64,000 nt of DNA from an uncultured Gammaproteobacteria bacterium (GCA_902563055.1 CACEWE010000003.1:1450-65449); one strand, 5' to 3'. Numbered from the stretch's first letter, positions 9,275-20,200 are shown. Numbers and translations are program-made. The notes: generated by a model from the sequence alone, not told the origin.

Positions 9275-9299
9275 TGGCTAGATACAAAATTGAGCAGCC
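9261..9299. repeat. Right copy of the perfect 39-bp direct repeat (supplies the last codons and stop of the giant ORF in a different frame)
   Basis: Identical to 4116-4154. The AKR gene reads ...ALAISG* across it; the giant ORF reads ...GFGY*. Confidence 0.95.
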
Positions 9300-9407
9300 T
9301 GACATAACACATTATATCTTCTTTGAGATAGATTCATCTTCTTGTGTGTCTTGATCTTAGAGTTTGAATCTTTTACACTCTTAAGCATTTTAGTAAAAGG
9401 ATGTAGT

Positions 9408-10808
9408 ATGATGAAAGTATTGATCGCTTGTTTGCTTTTGGGTATCTCTGGCGCACTGTGGGCTCATGGGCCTTCGGCCAAGAAAGTAAACTGGTCTAAG
9501 CGTTGCCAAGAAGACCTTGCATACGCTAAAGATATATTTTATAAAAATGCTCCAGAGGCTTTAGACCAAGAATCCACCTTTATGCAGCAGCTGGGAAAGG
9601 GTTATCAAAAAGCTCAAAAAAACTGTCAAAGTATAACTTCCAAAGCTGGCTATTATTATGTAATGCAAGCCTATTTTCATGGTTTTAACGATCCCCATAT
9701 TTCGGTTCATCAACGCGAAAGCACATGGTTTCAAGATGTACCCGTTTATGATGCTGGGATTAAAATGGCCTATCAATATGGTCATTATGTTGTGCTTGGG
9801 AATACGAATAAACACCTTGATCTTCCTCTTGGTTCACGCTTAGTTGATTGTGATAAGGTACCGATAAAACAATTTGTTCAAGAAAACCTGATGCCTTATT
9901 ATGGCGTCATTAGTACAAGCTACGCCGCACAAGATCTAGCGCATTTTATTTTTTTTGATAAGAATCCACTGCGTAGCTATCCAAAATCTTGTCGTTTTTC
10001 CTATAAGGGAAACATGCAAACCGTCAAAATAACCTACCAAAAGAGACCTGATGAAGCCATGTTTTTTCCTCTTAATCTCTTGTATCAAGCTAAACAAGAT
10101 TTTGGATTAAGTACTTTTGGAGAAAACGGTCTTTGGATTTTTTTACCCGAAATGAAAGTGAATCCCTTTACCAACTGGCTTGGCCATTTTGGATATACCA
10201 TGAGAGCATTTAAACCCCTTGTTATTGATTTAAGAGGCAATGGTGGAGGTAGCGATAAAGTTTGGGCAAATTTGATGGAAAATATATTGGGTATTAGCAC
10301 TGAGCAAAGGCAGCAGACTCATGCCAAGGTAGATCAGATGCGTTTAACCCCTCTAAATTTATCAGCTCCACTTAGTGTGATAGATTATTACAAAACAGCT
10401 TATAAAAAACATCAAATCTGGGAGCCTGAAACAGTCATAAAACGCAAGCCTGTTTATTTAGAGGCGAATCAAATAGCCTATAAAGGTCCATTGTATCTTT
10501 TAACCGATCGCTATTGTATGAGTGCTTGTTTGAATTTTCTAGACTTTACCCATCACCTACCGCATACCTATCTTATAGGTCAAGATACAAAAGCAGATAC
10601 GCCTTACGGTGAGGTGCATGAAATAAACTTAGGTCCTTTTTTAAGTATGCAATACCCTATGAAAGCAATGCGATTTCGGGAGCGAGGCTCTTTAGTTCCT
10701 TATAAGGTGCAGTATCGCTTTAATGGAGATATGAGCAATACCAAGGCTTTAAAAGCTTGGGTCTTAAGTTTGCCACCAAGTAAAGCAATTACACAGAATA
10801 AAAAATAA
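9408..10808 (+). CDS. Secreted S41-family (tail-specific/C-terminal processing) peptidase-like protein
   Basis: ATG at 9408 after AAGGA. Signal peptide MMKVLIACLLLGISGALWA. VIDLRGNGGGS motif, with CMSAC and GQDTKA as candidate Ser/Lys dyad positions. Confidence 0.65.
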   Translation: MMKVLIACLLLGISGALWAHGPSAKKVNWSKRCQEDLAYAKDIFYKNAPEALDQESTFMQQLGKGYQKAQKNCQSITSKAGYYYVMQAYFHGFNDPHISVHQRESTWFQDVPVYDAGIKMAYQYGHYVVLGNTNKHLDLPLGSRLVDCDKVPIKQFVQENLMPYYGVISTSYAAQDLAHFIFFDKNPLRSYPKSCRFSYKGNMQTVKITYQKRPDEAMFFPLNLLYQAKQDFGLSTFGENGLWIFLPEMKVNPFTNWLGHFGYTMRAFKPLVIDLRGNGGGSDKVWANLMENILGISTEQRQQTHAKVDQMRLTPLNLSAPLSVIDYYKTAYKKHQIWEPETVIKRKPVYLEANQIAYKGPLYLLTDRYCMSACLNFLDFTHHLPHTYLIGQDTKADTPYGEVHEINLGPFLSMQYPMKAMRFRERGSLVPYKVQYRFNGDMSNTKALKAWVLSLPPSKAITQNKK

Positions 10809-10828
10809 AAGTGCTCACTTTTCTTAGT

Positions 10829-11464
10829 TTAAGATGCAGGCGATTTTTTCTTGGCGCCAAGTTTGCTTTCTTGGCCTTGTAGTAAGCGGGCAATATTTTT
10901 ATGGTGCTTGATGATAACTAAAAGGCTTATAAGCGCTAAACAGATAAGAGCTTGAAACGGCAGTATAAAATAGCTCGCTACACACGCAAAAATCATACCA
11001 AGCATTGCAGAGAGCGAAACAAAGCGCCAAATTGCTAGGCTAAGGAAAAACATTGCTAAAAAGGCTAGGCCTAAACGGTAATCTATTAAAAACAATACGC
11101 CAATACTAGTGGCAACGCCCTTGCCACCTTTAAAGCCTAAAAAGATGGAAAACATATGGCCAAAAATGGCAAAAAAGCCCGTTAGCGCCAGCGCAAAGGG
11201 AGAAAAATGCAAAACATGGGCAATAATGAGGGGCACAATGCCTTTGGCTATATCTCCAAGTAGCGTTAAGATTGCAGGAACTTTGCCCGCAATGCGCAAT
11301 ACATTTGTCGCCCCTGGATTAAAAGAGCCTTCAGTTCTTGGTGAGGGATGCCCCATTAAAACACAAATGCAAATGGCGAAGTTTACCGAGCCAAGAAGAT
11401 AAGCGCTTAAAAATAAAATATAGTTTGAGGTACTAAAGCTTTCGCTAAGCCAGTTAAGTAGCAT
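10829..11464 (-). CDS. plsY: Glycerol-3-phosphate acyltransferase PlsY
   Basis: 211-aa polytopic membrane protein with FNPGATNVLR and GGKGVAT motifs. Confidence 0.9.
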   Translation of the reverse strand: MLLNWLSESFSTSNYILFLSAYLLGSVNFAICICVLMGHPSPRTEGSFNPGATNVLRIAGKVPAILTLLGDIAKGIVPLIIAHVLHFSPFALALTGFFAIFGHMFSIFLGFKGGKGVATSIGVLFLIDYRLGLAFLAMFFLSLAIWRFVSLSAMLGMIFACVASYFILPFQALICLALISLLVIIKHHKNIARLLQGQESKLGAKKKSPAS

Positions 11465-11467
11465 GGT

Positions 11468-14400
11468 TTATCCTTCTGTTAGAGGTGGCATCTGTTGGGT
11501 TTGAGCTTTTTCTTGCAAAGCCTTGTGGCGATCTTTGGCTAAGATGGTGTAAACCGTAGGAACAATAAATAGGGTAAAACAGGTTCCAATAAGCATTCCG
11601 GAGGCAATGACTAAGCCAAGGTTAAAACGACTCTCCGCGCCAGCCCCTGAAGCGAAAAGCAAGGGCGCCACGCCAAAAACCATCGCAGCAGTGGTCATTA
11701 AAATAGGTCGAAGACGAATTGAGGCTGCTTCTAAAATGGCTTGGTAGATGCTATAGCCTTTTTGTTCTTGCAGATGATTAGCAAAATCAACCATTAAAAT
11801 ACCGTGTTTGGAGATAAGACCAATTAAGGTAATCATGCCAATTTCAGTATAGATATTAATGTCAGCTCCACCCACACTATAAAATAGAGGGTAAAGTGCG
11901 CCGCAAATACTCATTGGTACACTAATGAGAATAATAAAAGGATCTCTAAAACTTTCAAATTGCGCTGATAATACCAGATAAATTGCCCCAAGAGCTAAAA
12001 GGAACATATAGATCATATTATTACCTTCTTGCATAAACTGGCGGGTACTACCATCGTAGTCTAGGTATACATCTTCAGGTAAGAGCTTACTTGCAAGGTT
12101 CTGTACCAAAGTAATGGCTTTAGACTCAGAAAGGGTTGGCAAAAATGCAGCTTGAATATCTGTTGAATTGAGCTGTTGAAAGTGATTTAAACTTGGTGGG
12201 GTTGCTTCAATAGAGCTGCTTAGGAAAGATTCAAGTGTAATAGGCGTTTGATTGTTGCCATTAATAACAGGTATGTGACCGATATTTTGTGCACTGTAGC
12301 GCTCCTGGTCCTGTAACTGTGCAATAACAGGGTAGCTGTAACCATTAATATCAAAATAATTGGTCAAGCCATTACTCATCGCCACTGCTATATTACTTGC
12401 CACCGTACTCATATTAATACCTAAAAGACCTGCAAGGTTACGATCTATATGAAGGTTAAGCTTGGGGTTGTTATAATCAAGATCGCCTTTTACATAGGGG
12501 AACTTGCCGGTTTTTTTCATGGCTGCAATGAGCGCTTGTGAGGCTTCGTTTAAGTGCGCTTGTGATCCTGTGGTTTTTAATACAACATCAAGGCCAGGGC
12601 TATTGCCGCCAGCACCGGGAAGGGTTGGTGGAGTAAATACAAAGGTCTGTAGGCCATCAATATTACTCAGTGCAGGAGTGATTTGTGTTTGCGCTTCTTG
12701 GGAGCTTTGTTTGCGCTCTCCAAAAGGTTTTTGAATGACACCGCTGAAAATCGTGTTATTACCCATCCCGCCATCAATACTGAACGTGTTCTTCTTAGAA
12801 GTAATAGTATCAAAAATTTTACTAAGCTTAGGATTGTATTTTTCTAGATAGTTTAAGGTTGCCCAGTTTGGCCCCTGGCTGGCTACTCCAACAAAACCTT
12901 GGTCTTCTTGAGGAGCAAGCGACTTAGAAGTGAAGTTGAAAAGTAAAAAACAACATACCAGCACCAATCCTCCAATAAAGCACACTAGTTTCTTATAATT
13001 AAGAACGTGCTTAAGCGCCTGACTGTAATGGGTTTTGAGTTTATGGAAAACATTATCAATAAAGACAGCACTTTTTGTTTGCAAGCTTTCTTTTGTAATG
13101 ATTTTTGCACAAAGCATAGGAGATAGTGTCAGTGCAACCACGCCAGAAATAATAACAGTAGCTGCTAAAGTGTAGGCGAATTCAGTAAATAGCTGACCGG
13201 TAAGACCGCTCATAAAACCAATGGGTGCAAAAACTGCAGCTAAGGTTGTGGTCATGACAATAACAGGAATCGTAATCTCACGGGCGCCAATAATCGCAGC
13301 TTGGTAGGGTGTTTTGCCTTCTTCAATATGACGATGAATGTTTTCCAGCACTACAATGGCATCATCCACCACCAATCCGATCGCTAAGACCATCGCCAGA
13401 AGCGTAAGAAGGTTGAGTGAAAAGCCCATTACGAGCATTAAGAACCCAACACCAACTAGAGAAAGTGGAATAGTAACAACAGGAATAAACACCGCACGCA
13501 GGGATCCTAAAAAGCAAAAAATAACGGCAATGACAATAACGGTGGCTTCTAAAATGGTTTCGATTACTTCATAAATAGAATCGCGAATAAAGTTTGTGGC
13601 ATTATGTACCACTTCCATATGAACCCCGGGAGGCAGTTTTTTCTCTATCGCTGGAAATTTGCTGATAGTATTGCTAATGGTTGATAAAGGGTTGGTATCA
13701 GGAAGGGAAGAGATACCGATAAAAATGGCTTTTTGATGGTTAAAATATACTTGGAAGCTATTATCACTAGCACCCATTTCAACTTTAGCAACATCACCCA
13801 AACGAATAAGGTGGCCATTTTGATTGCTAATGATAAGGTTCTTAAAGCTTTTAACATCATTAAGAGTCGTTTTAGCATCGATGGGGGTGTATACATTATG
13901 ACTTTGTAATTGTCCGGGTGTTGCCTGTACATTGTTGCTTGATAGGGCTTGATTTACTTGAAGCGGTGTAAGGTTTGCTTGCGCTAGACGCTGATTATTG
14001 AGCCAAATACGCATCGCATAATCACGCGCCCCCCAAACTTGCGTACTGGTTCCACCAGCACTATTGATTTCTGGAAGTATAACATTGTTGATATAGGCGG
14101 TTAGTTGTTCAGGGCTGAGCGATTTAGAAGTAAAACTTACAATAAGGTCGGCCATGCCGCGTCCAGTGTTTTTACTCACCGCAGGCGTAAAAGCGCCTTG
14201 GGGCAAGGTAGAGGCCATGGCATTGACTTTGCTGCTAATATCACTCATGGCATTTTCAACATTAAAACCCATTTTTAAGTGGGCAGTAATAGAGCTTTGG
14301 CCAAGGTCGCTGCTTGAGCTGATGTAATCGACACCATCTGCTGTGGCGACAACTTTTTCAAGCGGTGTGGTAATAAAGCTTTCTACAACTTGAGCACTTG

Positions 14401-14566
14401 CGCCAGGGTAGTTGGTAGTTATGGAAATATTACCACTTTGTATGGCAGGATATTGCTCCAGCGGGAGCTTAAACAAAGAACCAAGTCCCACCATGAAAAT
14501 AAAAAGGCTAATAACGGTGGCTAAAACTGGGCGATTAATAAAAAGATCGGTAAAAGAGCGACGCAT
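11468..14566 (-). CDS. RND-family efflux transporter, inner-membrane permease (AcrB/MdtB-like)
   Basis: 1032 aa. N-terminus FINRPVLATVISL is typical of the family, with 12-TM RND architecture. Confidence 0.9.
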   Translation of the reverse strand: MRRSFTDLFINRPVLATVISLFIFMVGLGSLFKLPLEQYPAIQSGNISITTNYPGASAQVVESFITTPLEKVVATADGVDYISSSSDLGQSSITAHLKMGFNVENAMSDISSKVNAMASTLPQGAFTPAVSKNTGRGMADLIVSFTSKSLSPEQLTAYINNVILPEINSAGGTSTQVWGARDYAMRIWLNNQRLAQANLTPLQVNQALSSNNVQATPGQLQSHNVYTPIDAKTTLNDVKSFKNLIISNQNGHLIRLGDVAKVEMGASDNSFQVYFNHQKAIFIGISSLPDTNPLSTISNTISKFPAIEKKLPPGVHMEVVHNATNFIRDSIYEVIETILEATVIVIAVIFCFLGSLRAVFIPVVTIPLSLVGVGFLMLVMGFSLNLLTLLAMVLAIGLVVDDAIVVLENIHRHIEEGKTPYQAAIIGAREITIPVIVMTTTLAAVFAPIGFMSGLTGQLFTEFAYTLAATVIISGVVALTLSPMLCAKIITKESLQTKSAVFIDNVFHKLKTHYSQALKHVLNYKKLVCFIGGLVLVCCFLLFNFTSKSLAPQEDQGFVGVASQGPNWATLNYLEKYNPKLSKIFDTITSKKNTFSIDGGMGNNTIFSGVIQKPFGERKQSSQEAQTQITPALSNIDGLQTFVFTPPTLPGAGGNSPGLDVVLKTTGSQAHLNEASQALIAAMKKTGKFPYVKGDLDYNNPKLNLHIDRNLAGLLGINMSTVASNIAVAMSNGLTNYFDINGYSYPVIAQLQDQERYSAQNIGHIPVINGNNQTPITLESFLSSSIEATPPSLNHFQQLNSTDIQAAFLPTLSESKAITLVQNLASKLLPEDVYLDYDGSTRQFMQEGNNMIYMFLLALGAIYLVLSAQFESFRDPFIILISVPMSICGALYPLFYSVGGADINIYTEIGMITLIGLISKHGILMVDFANHLQEQKGYSIYQAILEAASIRLRPILMTTAAMVFGVAPLLFASGAGAESRFNLGLVIASGMLIGTCFTLFIVPTVYTILAKDRHKALQEKAQTQQMPPLTEG

Positions 14567-15687
14567 TAGGCTTTTCCTTCTTTGTTTGCACTATCAAAGC
14601 GAATGGTGCTGCCATCTTGGAGCTTGAACGAGCCAACACTAACGTATTGTTGGCCAGCTTTTAAGCCTTTGGTAATTTCCACTTGGTCTTTATGTTGTTG
14701 ACCAAGAGTGATGTATTGAAGTTTAGCCTGGTAGCTGGTTTTACCCTTTTCTGTTTTTGCTTCAACTAGGTAGATGCTGTTGCCGTAAAGGTTGTAGTTT
14801 ATCGCTTGCTGGGGAATGCTAATAACATTTTCCTTTACTGGGAGTTTAAGGTCTACATTGGCGTACATGCCTCCGACCAAAGGATGGGCAGGGTCTTCAT
14901 TTTTTACCTCAGCTTGTACCCATAAACTTTTGGTATTGTTATCGATACTTGCATCAAGTGCACTTACCACTCCGGTGAAGGTTTGCTTTGGATATGCATT
15001 AACGCTTAAGCTAATGGCTTGACCTGGATGGACTTTGGCATAGTTTTGTTCTGAGATATAAAAGTTTACATGAATGGGGTCAATGGTTTGTAAGTTAGCA
15101 ATACTGGTATTAATAGGGAGATATTGTCCAAGGTCCACTTGAGCAATACCAATTTGACCATCAAATGGTGCCTTAACAACGGTGTAATCAAGGTTGGTTT
15201 GGGCAACCTCAAGCGCACTTTGTGCTTGCTGTAAGGTGCTTAGGGCATCATCACGATTGGATTGGGCGATAGCTTGTTTTTGAAAAAGTGTTTCAACACG
15301 ATTGAAGCTTAGCTGTGCGTTATTAAGCGCCGCTTTTGCACTGGCAACATTGGCCCGTTGTGTACGGTTGTCTAATTGGATAAGCGCCTGGCCTTTTTTA
15401 ACTTTATCGCCAGCTTTAAATAAAATCTTCTCAACCAGGCCGCCTGCTTGATTGGTTACTTGAACTCCATCTAATGCTTTCAAAGAGCCTACTGTCTCAA
15501 TGCTCTGGTCAAAACTTGAGGCTTTTGCGGTAGCAATAGAAACTTTGGTGGCTGGTGGGGTGAAATCCATGCCTTTAAGCTTATGCATAAAATAGCCCAA
15601 GCGACCAAAAATAAGACCCAGTAAAATCAAGGCTGCAAGTGTGCCAATGATGAGAGCTTTGCGATTGTTTTTTATAAACGTTTTCAT
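14566..15687 (-). CDS. RND efflux periplasmic adaptor (membrane fusion protein)
   Basis: 373 aa with an N-terminal TM anchor. Coiled-coil hairpin and beta-barrel pattern. Stop overlaps the permease start. Confidence 0.85.
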   Translation of the reverse strand: MKTFIKNNRKALIIGTLAALILLGLIFGRLGYFMHKLKGMDFTPPATKVSIATAKASSFDQSIETVGSLKALDGVQVTNQAGGLVEKILFKAGDKVKKGQALIQLDNRTQRANVASAKAALNNAQLSFNRVETLFQKQAIAQSNRDDALSTLQQAQSALEVAQTNLDYTVVKAPFDGQIGIAQVDLGQYLPINTSIANLQTIDPIHVNFYISEQNYAKVHPGQAISLSVNAYPKQTFTGVVSALDASIDNNTKSLWVQAEVKNEDPAHPLVGGMYANVDLKLPVKENVISIPQQAINYNLYGNSIYLVEAKTEKGKTSYQAKLQYITLGQQHKDQVEITKGLKAGQQYVSVGSFKLQDGSTIRFDSANKEGKA

Positions 15688-15811
15688 ATCTGATACCTTT
15701 TTGCTGCAAAAAGAGATTCGATTATATCGACAAAGTCATGGCGCTGCAAACAGGTTGAGCTTTTTTATTTAGAAGATAAAATTGGGGTTTAGTGTAAAAG
15801 GAGGCATTTTA

Positions 15812-16699
15812 ATGCGACTGATAAAAAGTGCAATGGCTATGTTGTGTGGCCTTTGTCTTAGTACTATTGTTTTTGCGGGCTTGATGGGCGAAGGCGAAGT
15901 AAAAGATTATAAAGATTTTAAGCTTAAGCTTGAGGAAATTTTCAAATATCATAAGCCTGAGCATACCTTGCTTGTATTAGACAACGATAATACTTTAACT
16001 ACTATGCCGCAGGCCTTAGGGGGAGATGCGTGGTGGAATTGGCAGATGGATCTTTTAAAGCATGACCCAAACAGTCCCGATTTGGTTGGTGCGGATTTTA
16101 GTGATATTTTTCAGGTTCAAAAAGTGCTGTTTGGTTTATCACAAATGAAATTAACCGATCCTGAGCATGAAACAAGTGTGCTTACTTGGCTGCAAGACCA
16201 AGGTGCTAAGATCATGATTTTAACTGCCCGTGGCTACCCAGCCTCTCAGGTAACCTATGATCAGCTTCGCGCGTTGCATTATGAAGAAATTACCAAGCTG
16301 AACTTGGAAAAAGATGCACTGAGTTTTTCAGGAGCCACTTCTCTACCCTTGACCTTTATGCCATGTGATAAAAGCCTTACGCGGCCTGTAGCATATTTCA
16401 ACGGTATATACTACGCAGCAGGTCAAAACAAAGGTTTGTTATTACAGTGTTTGTTACCCAAGTCTGATCAGGCCAAACAGATCGATACTATTGTGTTTTT
16501 GGATGATACCCTCAAAAATGTACAAGATTTTGCAGCGGCATATGCCCCTTCTAACAGTGTGATTCCAGCAGTATATGTTTATCATTACACCAATACGAAG
16601 CACATTGTGCCTCTTGATAAAAAACAGGCAGCTGCTGATTGGCAAAGGTTAAAGCGTGTCGTTGGCACTGTTATTGCCAAACCTTTTTATTCTGGTTAG
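15812..16699 (+). CDS. Secreted HAD-superfamily-like protein (DxDxT motif)
   Basis: ATG at 15812 after AAAGGAGG. Signal peptide present. LVLDNDNTLTT matches the HAD motif I pattern. Confidence 0.55.
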   Translation: MRLIKSAMAMLCGLCLSTIVFAGLMGEGEVKDYKDFKLKLEEIFKYHKPEHTLLVLDNDNTLTTMPQALGGDAWWNWQMDLLKHDPNSPDLVGADFSDIFQVQKVLFGLSQMKLTDPEHETSVLTWLQDQGAKIMILTARGYPASQVTYDQLRALHYEEITKLNLEKDALSFSGATSLPLTFMPCDKSLTRPVAYFNGIYYAAGQNKGLLLQCLLPKSDQAKQIDTIVFLDDTLKNVQDFAAAYAPSNSVIPAVYVYHYTNTKHIVPLDKKQAAADWQRLKRVVGTVIAKPFYSG

Positions 16700-16732
16700 A
16701 ATCAATATTTTTTAAGGTCCAAGGAGAGTAGT

Positions 16733-17962
16733 ATGCAAATTTGGTTAGGGGATTTTTACAGTGCATTGGTGGGGCCCGTATATGCCTTTTGGTTTAGCTA
16801 TGCGAGTATTTTGTTGCTTGTAGTTTTTGCAAGCTGTCTCGCCCATTTTCTAGCCCAACGTTATTTAGTCGTTGTAGTAAGACGTTTGTTGGGTAGGGCG
16901 AATAAAAATTCAATTAAAGAATGTTTGCATCAGCGATTATTTCATAAAACAGCCCATTTGGTTCCGGCAATCATTATCTATCTTAGTGCAAGCCATTTAT
17001 ATTTTGAGCAGTTGGGATGGACTAAGTGGTTTAGTCATGGTTTAAGTACAGTATCCTTGCTATATATACTCTTTACAGTAATTATTGTTTTAAGTTCTCT
17101 ATTAAATATTGCTGAGGCAATTTATGCTACAAGACCAAGTGCTAAAAAGCATTCCATACGCAGTTATGTTCAAGTCTTAAAGCTTATCGCCTGGTTTATC
17201 ACTATTATTATTGCTATTGCGATTTTAATTGGTAAGTCACCAATGTTCTTGCTTACCGGTCTTGGTGCAGCAGCGGCAATTTTAATGTTGGTTTTTAAAG
17301 ACACAATTATGAGTTTGGTCGCCAGTATTCAAATTTCGATTTACGATATGGTGCGTGTTGGTGATTGGTTAGTCGTAAAACAATATGGTGCTGATGGCGA
17401 TGTGATTGAAATGTCCTTAAACACCATTAAGGTACAAAACTTTGATAAAACCATTACTACCTTTCCAACCGCTGCGGTGATGACCACAGGGGTAACGAAT
17501 TGGCGTGGCATGAGTGAAGCTGGTGGACGGCGTATTAAACGGGCTATTCATCTTGATATTTCTAGTATTTGTTTTTGTAATCAGGCTCTTTTAGATAAAA
17601 TTGCAACACTAGATATTATGTGTCCTGTGCTTGAGCGTAAAATGGCTGAAATTCATAAGTATAACCAGGATAAAAAGATTTCAACCACACAAATGGCCAA
17701 TGGGCGCCAATTAACAAATGTGGGTTTGTTTCGCCATTACATAGAAGCCTATATTCGCCAACGTGAAGATATTCACCAAAAGTTTACCTTCTTAATCCGT
17801 CAACTTGCATCTGATGCCAATGGTTTGCCCTTGGAGATTTATATCTTCACCAATACGACTAATTGGGTAGAATACGAAGGTATTCAATCGGATATTTTTG
17901 ATCATATCTTTGCGGTGTTGGATTATTTTGATCTGAAGATCTTTCAGAATATTACTACATAA
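16733..17962 (+). CDS. Mechanosensitive ion channel family protein (MscS-like)
   Basis: 409 aa with N-terminal TM helices. MscS beta-domain signature GDWLVV...GDVIEMSLNTIKVQNFD. Confidence 0.8.
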   Translation: MQIWLGDFYSALVGPVYAFWFSYASILLLVVFASCLAHFLAQRYLVVVVRRLLGRANKNSIKECLHQRLFHKTAHLVPAIIIYLSASHLYFEQLGWTKWFSHGLSTVSLLYILFTVIIVLSSLLNIAEAIYATRPSAKKHSIRSYVQVLKLIAWFITIIIAIAILIGKSPMFLLTGLGAAAAILMLVFKDTIMSLVASIQISIYDMVRVGDWLVVKQYGADGDVIEMSLNTIKVQNFDKTITTFPTAAVMTTGVTNWRGMSEAGGRRIKRAIHLDISSICFCNQALLDKIATLDIMCPVLERKMAEIHKYNQDKKISTTQMANGRQLTNVGLFRHYIEAYIRQREDIHQKFTFLIRQLASDANGLPLEIYIFTNTTNWVEYEGIQSDIFDHIFAVLDYFDLKIFQNITT

Positions 17963-18037
17963 TAAACACAGGCGTGTAGGTCTCGTCTATGGCAATAAAA
18001 TAGGCTATGATAGGCTATCATTTCTGCGGTATAAAAA

Positions 18038-20200
18038 ATGTTCATTCAAGTTGCAGTACCTGGGCCTTTCCTTGATGGTTTAAGTTATCGATATGACGGC
18101 CAAGATCTTAAGCCGCTGATGCGGGTGGAAGTTCCTATTGGAAGGCGCAAAGTCATTGCAGTGGTTACACAAATTAATGTAGCAACTGAGCTTGATGTTG
18201 CAAAAATCAAATCTATTATTAAGGTTGTGGATCAGGAGCCTATTTTTGATCCATCTCTTGGTGCGCTTATTACTTGGATGGCTGGGTATTATCAAGCAAG
18301 TATTGGCGATATGTTTCAGTTGGCCTTAGGCGGTGGCTTGGCTAAAGGGATCGCTTTTGCCCATAGTACTGTTAAAACCTATAAGGCAAAAGAAAAACCA
18401 GATGCCATAGTTTCACTAAAAAGTGCGCCAAAGCAGCTGGCCTTATACACCTTGTTGCAGCAGCAAGAAGCTTGTTTAACGATGGAGCAAATTAAAGGCC
18501 AGGGGTTTAGCGCTGCGCTACTTAAAGAGCTGATAAAGCGTGATTTAGTGCAGATGGAAGAACAGATGCTTCAGATACAAAAACCCTCTACCCACAAGCC
18601 AAGGCTTGTCCTTAATGCGCAGCAGCAAGAAGTGCTTGATACCTTGTTAGGCTATGGGAGAGGTTTTGGCGTTTTTTTATTAGAAGGCGTTACAGGCAGT
18701 GGTAAAACCGAGGTCTATTTATCGTTGATTGAGAAAGTGCGCGCACAAGGAAAGCAAGTTTTAGTGTTGGTTCCAGAAATTGCCTTAAGCATGCAAACGA
18801 TGGCGCGTTTTAGTGCATATTTTGGTGAAGATGTGGTGATGTTACACTCTGGTTTAAGCGATCAAGCGCGAACCAATGCTTCCTATTTAGCCCACCATGC
18901 AAAGGTTTCTGTTGTTATCGGCACCCGTTCAGCTTTGTTTACGTCCATGCCCAACTTAGGTCTAATTGTGGTAGATGAAGAGCATGATTTATCTTTTAAG
19001 CAGCAAACTCAGGTGTTGTATTGTGCTAGAGATGCCGCAATTTACCGCGCACAATTATCCAAGTGTTTGGTTTTATTAGGATCAGCAACGCCTTCATTGG
19101 AATCAATGCACAATGTTGCCACAAAGCGTTATCAATATGTTTCACTCTTAGAGCGCTATGGTGATGCCAAAATGCCAAGCTTTAAGCTCATTAACACGCA
19201 AAGTGTGCGGACGAAAGCTTTAATGGCGCCAGTTTTAATTGATGCCATAGGCGAACATATTGCTCAAAAACAGCAAGTGTTATTGTTTCTTAATCGCTTA
19301 GGGTATGCCCGGGTTTATCAATGCCGGGATTGCGGTCATCGTTTGCAATGCTCTGATTGTGAGGTGGATATGACCTATTATCGCGCCAAGCATGAACTGG
19401 TATGCCATCGCTGTAGTCGGGTGCGAAAAGTGCCGCAACAGTGTCCAGTGTGTGAATCTTCTAATTGGCAAGATTGGGGCGTAGGCACCGAGCAATTAGA
19501 AGAAGCGGTTGTTGAACTTTTTCCAGAAGCCACGGTGGTACGTATTGATCGATCTTTAGTGCATACCCACAAGCAACTTAAACAACAGCTTGCGCGAATT
19601 TCATCTGCTGAGGCTGATATTATTATTGGAACCCAGATGTTGGCCAAGGGCCATGATTTCCCGGCCATTACCTTAGTTGCAGTTTTAAATGCTGATGGTA
19701 GTTTGTTTAGTAGTGATTATCGTGCTAGTGAGCAACTTGCTCAGCAAATTATCCAGGTGGCAGGGCGCGCTGGGCGCGGACAAATGCCCGGAACGGTGAT
19801 GATTCAAACCCAGCATCAGGATCATCCGATCTGGAAACAAGTATTAGAGCAAGGTTATAGTGCTTTTGCAAAATCTTTATTGGCCCAGCGTAGTGAAGCA
19901 TTTTGGCCACCCTTTAGTAAAATAGCGATTGTTGCTGTTGAGGGAAAAAAAATGGCCCATTTAGAATCTTTGTTAGGAGCATTAAAAAAACAACTGGACC
20001 AGGGTTTTGAGCACTGTGCTATTTTAGGCCCAGCTCCGGCTTTGGTAGCAAAGAAAAAGGGTTATTTTCGTTATACCTTATTAATTCTAGCCCCTAGCCA
20101 TAAGCTGCGCAGTGCCTTGCTTAATAGGGTGCGGGATTTTAAAAAACGCCATGGCACGGTGCGCTGGCTTTTAGATATTGACGCTAGGGTCTTACACTAG
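18038..20200 (+). CDS. priA: Primosomal replication-restart helicase PriA
   Basis: 720 aa. Walker A GVTGSGKTEVY, DEEH box, and a Cys-rich Zn-finger insertion (CRDCGHRLQCSDC...CHRC...CPVC). Confidence 0.93.
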   Translation: MFIQVAVPGPFLDGLSYRYDGQDLKPLMRVEVPIGRRKVIAVVTQINVATELDVAKIKSIIKVVDQEPIFDPSLGALITWMAGYYQASIGDMFQLALGGGLAKGIAFAHSTVKTYKAKEKPDAIVSLKSAPKQLALYTLLQQQEACLTMEQIKGQGFSAALLKELIKRDLVQMEEQMLQIQKPSTHKPRLVLNAQQQEVLDTLLGYGRGFGVFLLEGVTGSGKTEVYLSLIEKVRAQGKQVLVLVPEIALSMQTMARFSAYFGEDVVMLHSGLSDQARTNASYLAHHAKVSVVIGTRSALFTSMPNLGLIVVDEEHDLSFKQQTQVLYCARDAAIYRAQLSKCLVLLGSATPSLESMHNVATKRYQYVSLLERYGDAKMPSFKLINTQSVRTKALMAPVLIDAIGEHIAQKQQVLLFLNRLGYARVYQCRDCGHRLQCSDCEVDMTYYRAKHELVCHRCSRVRKVPQQCPVCESSNWQDWGVGTEQLEEAVVELFPEATVVRIDRSLVHTHKQLKQQLARISSAEADIIIGTQMLAKGHDFPAITLVAVLNADGSLFSSDYRASEQLAQQIIQVAGRAGRGQMPGTVMIQTQHQDHPIWKQVLEQGYSAFAKSLLAQRSEAFWPPFSKIAIVAVEGKKMAHLESLLGALKKQLDQGFEHCAILGPAPALVAKKKGYFRYTLLILAPSHKLRSALLNRVRDFKKRHGTVRWLLDIDARVLH

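Noticed and set aside
10806-10828. Hairpin AAAAGTG-CT-CACTTTT between the convergent peptidase and plsY genes as a bidirectional terminator
   Set aside because: A 2-nt loop is sterically implausible, and the alternative 4-bp A/T stem is too weak. It is not reported as a terminator.
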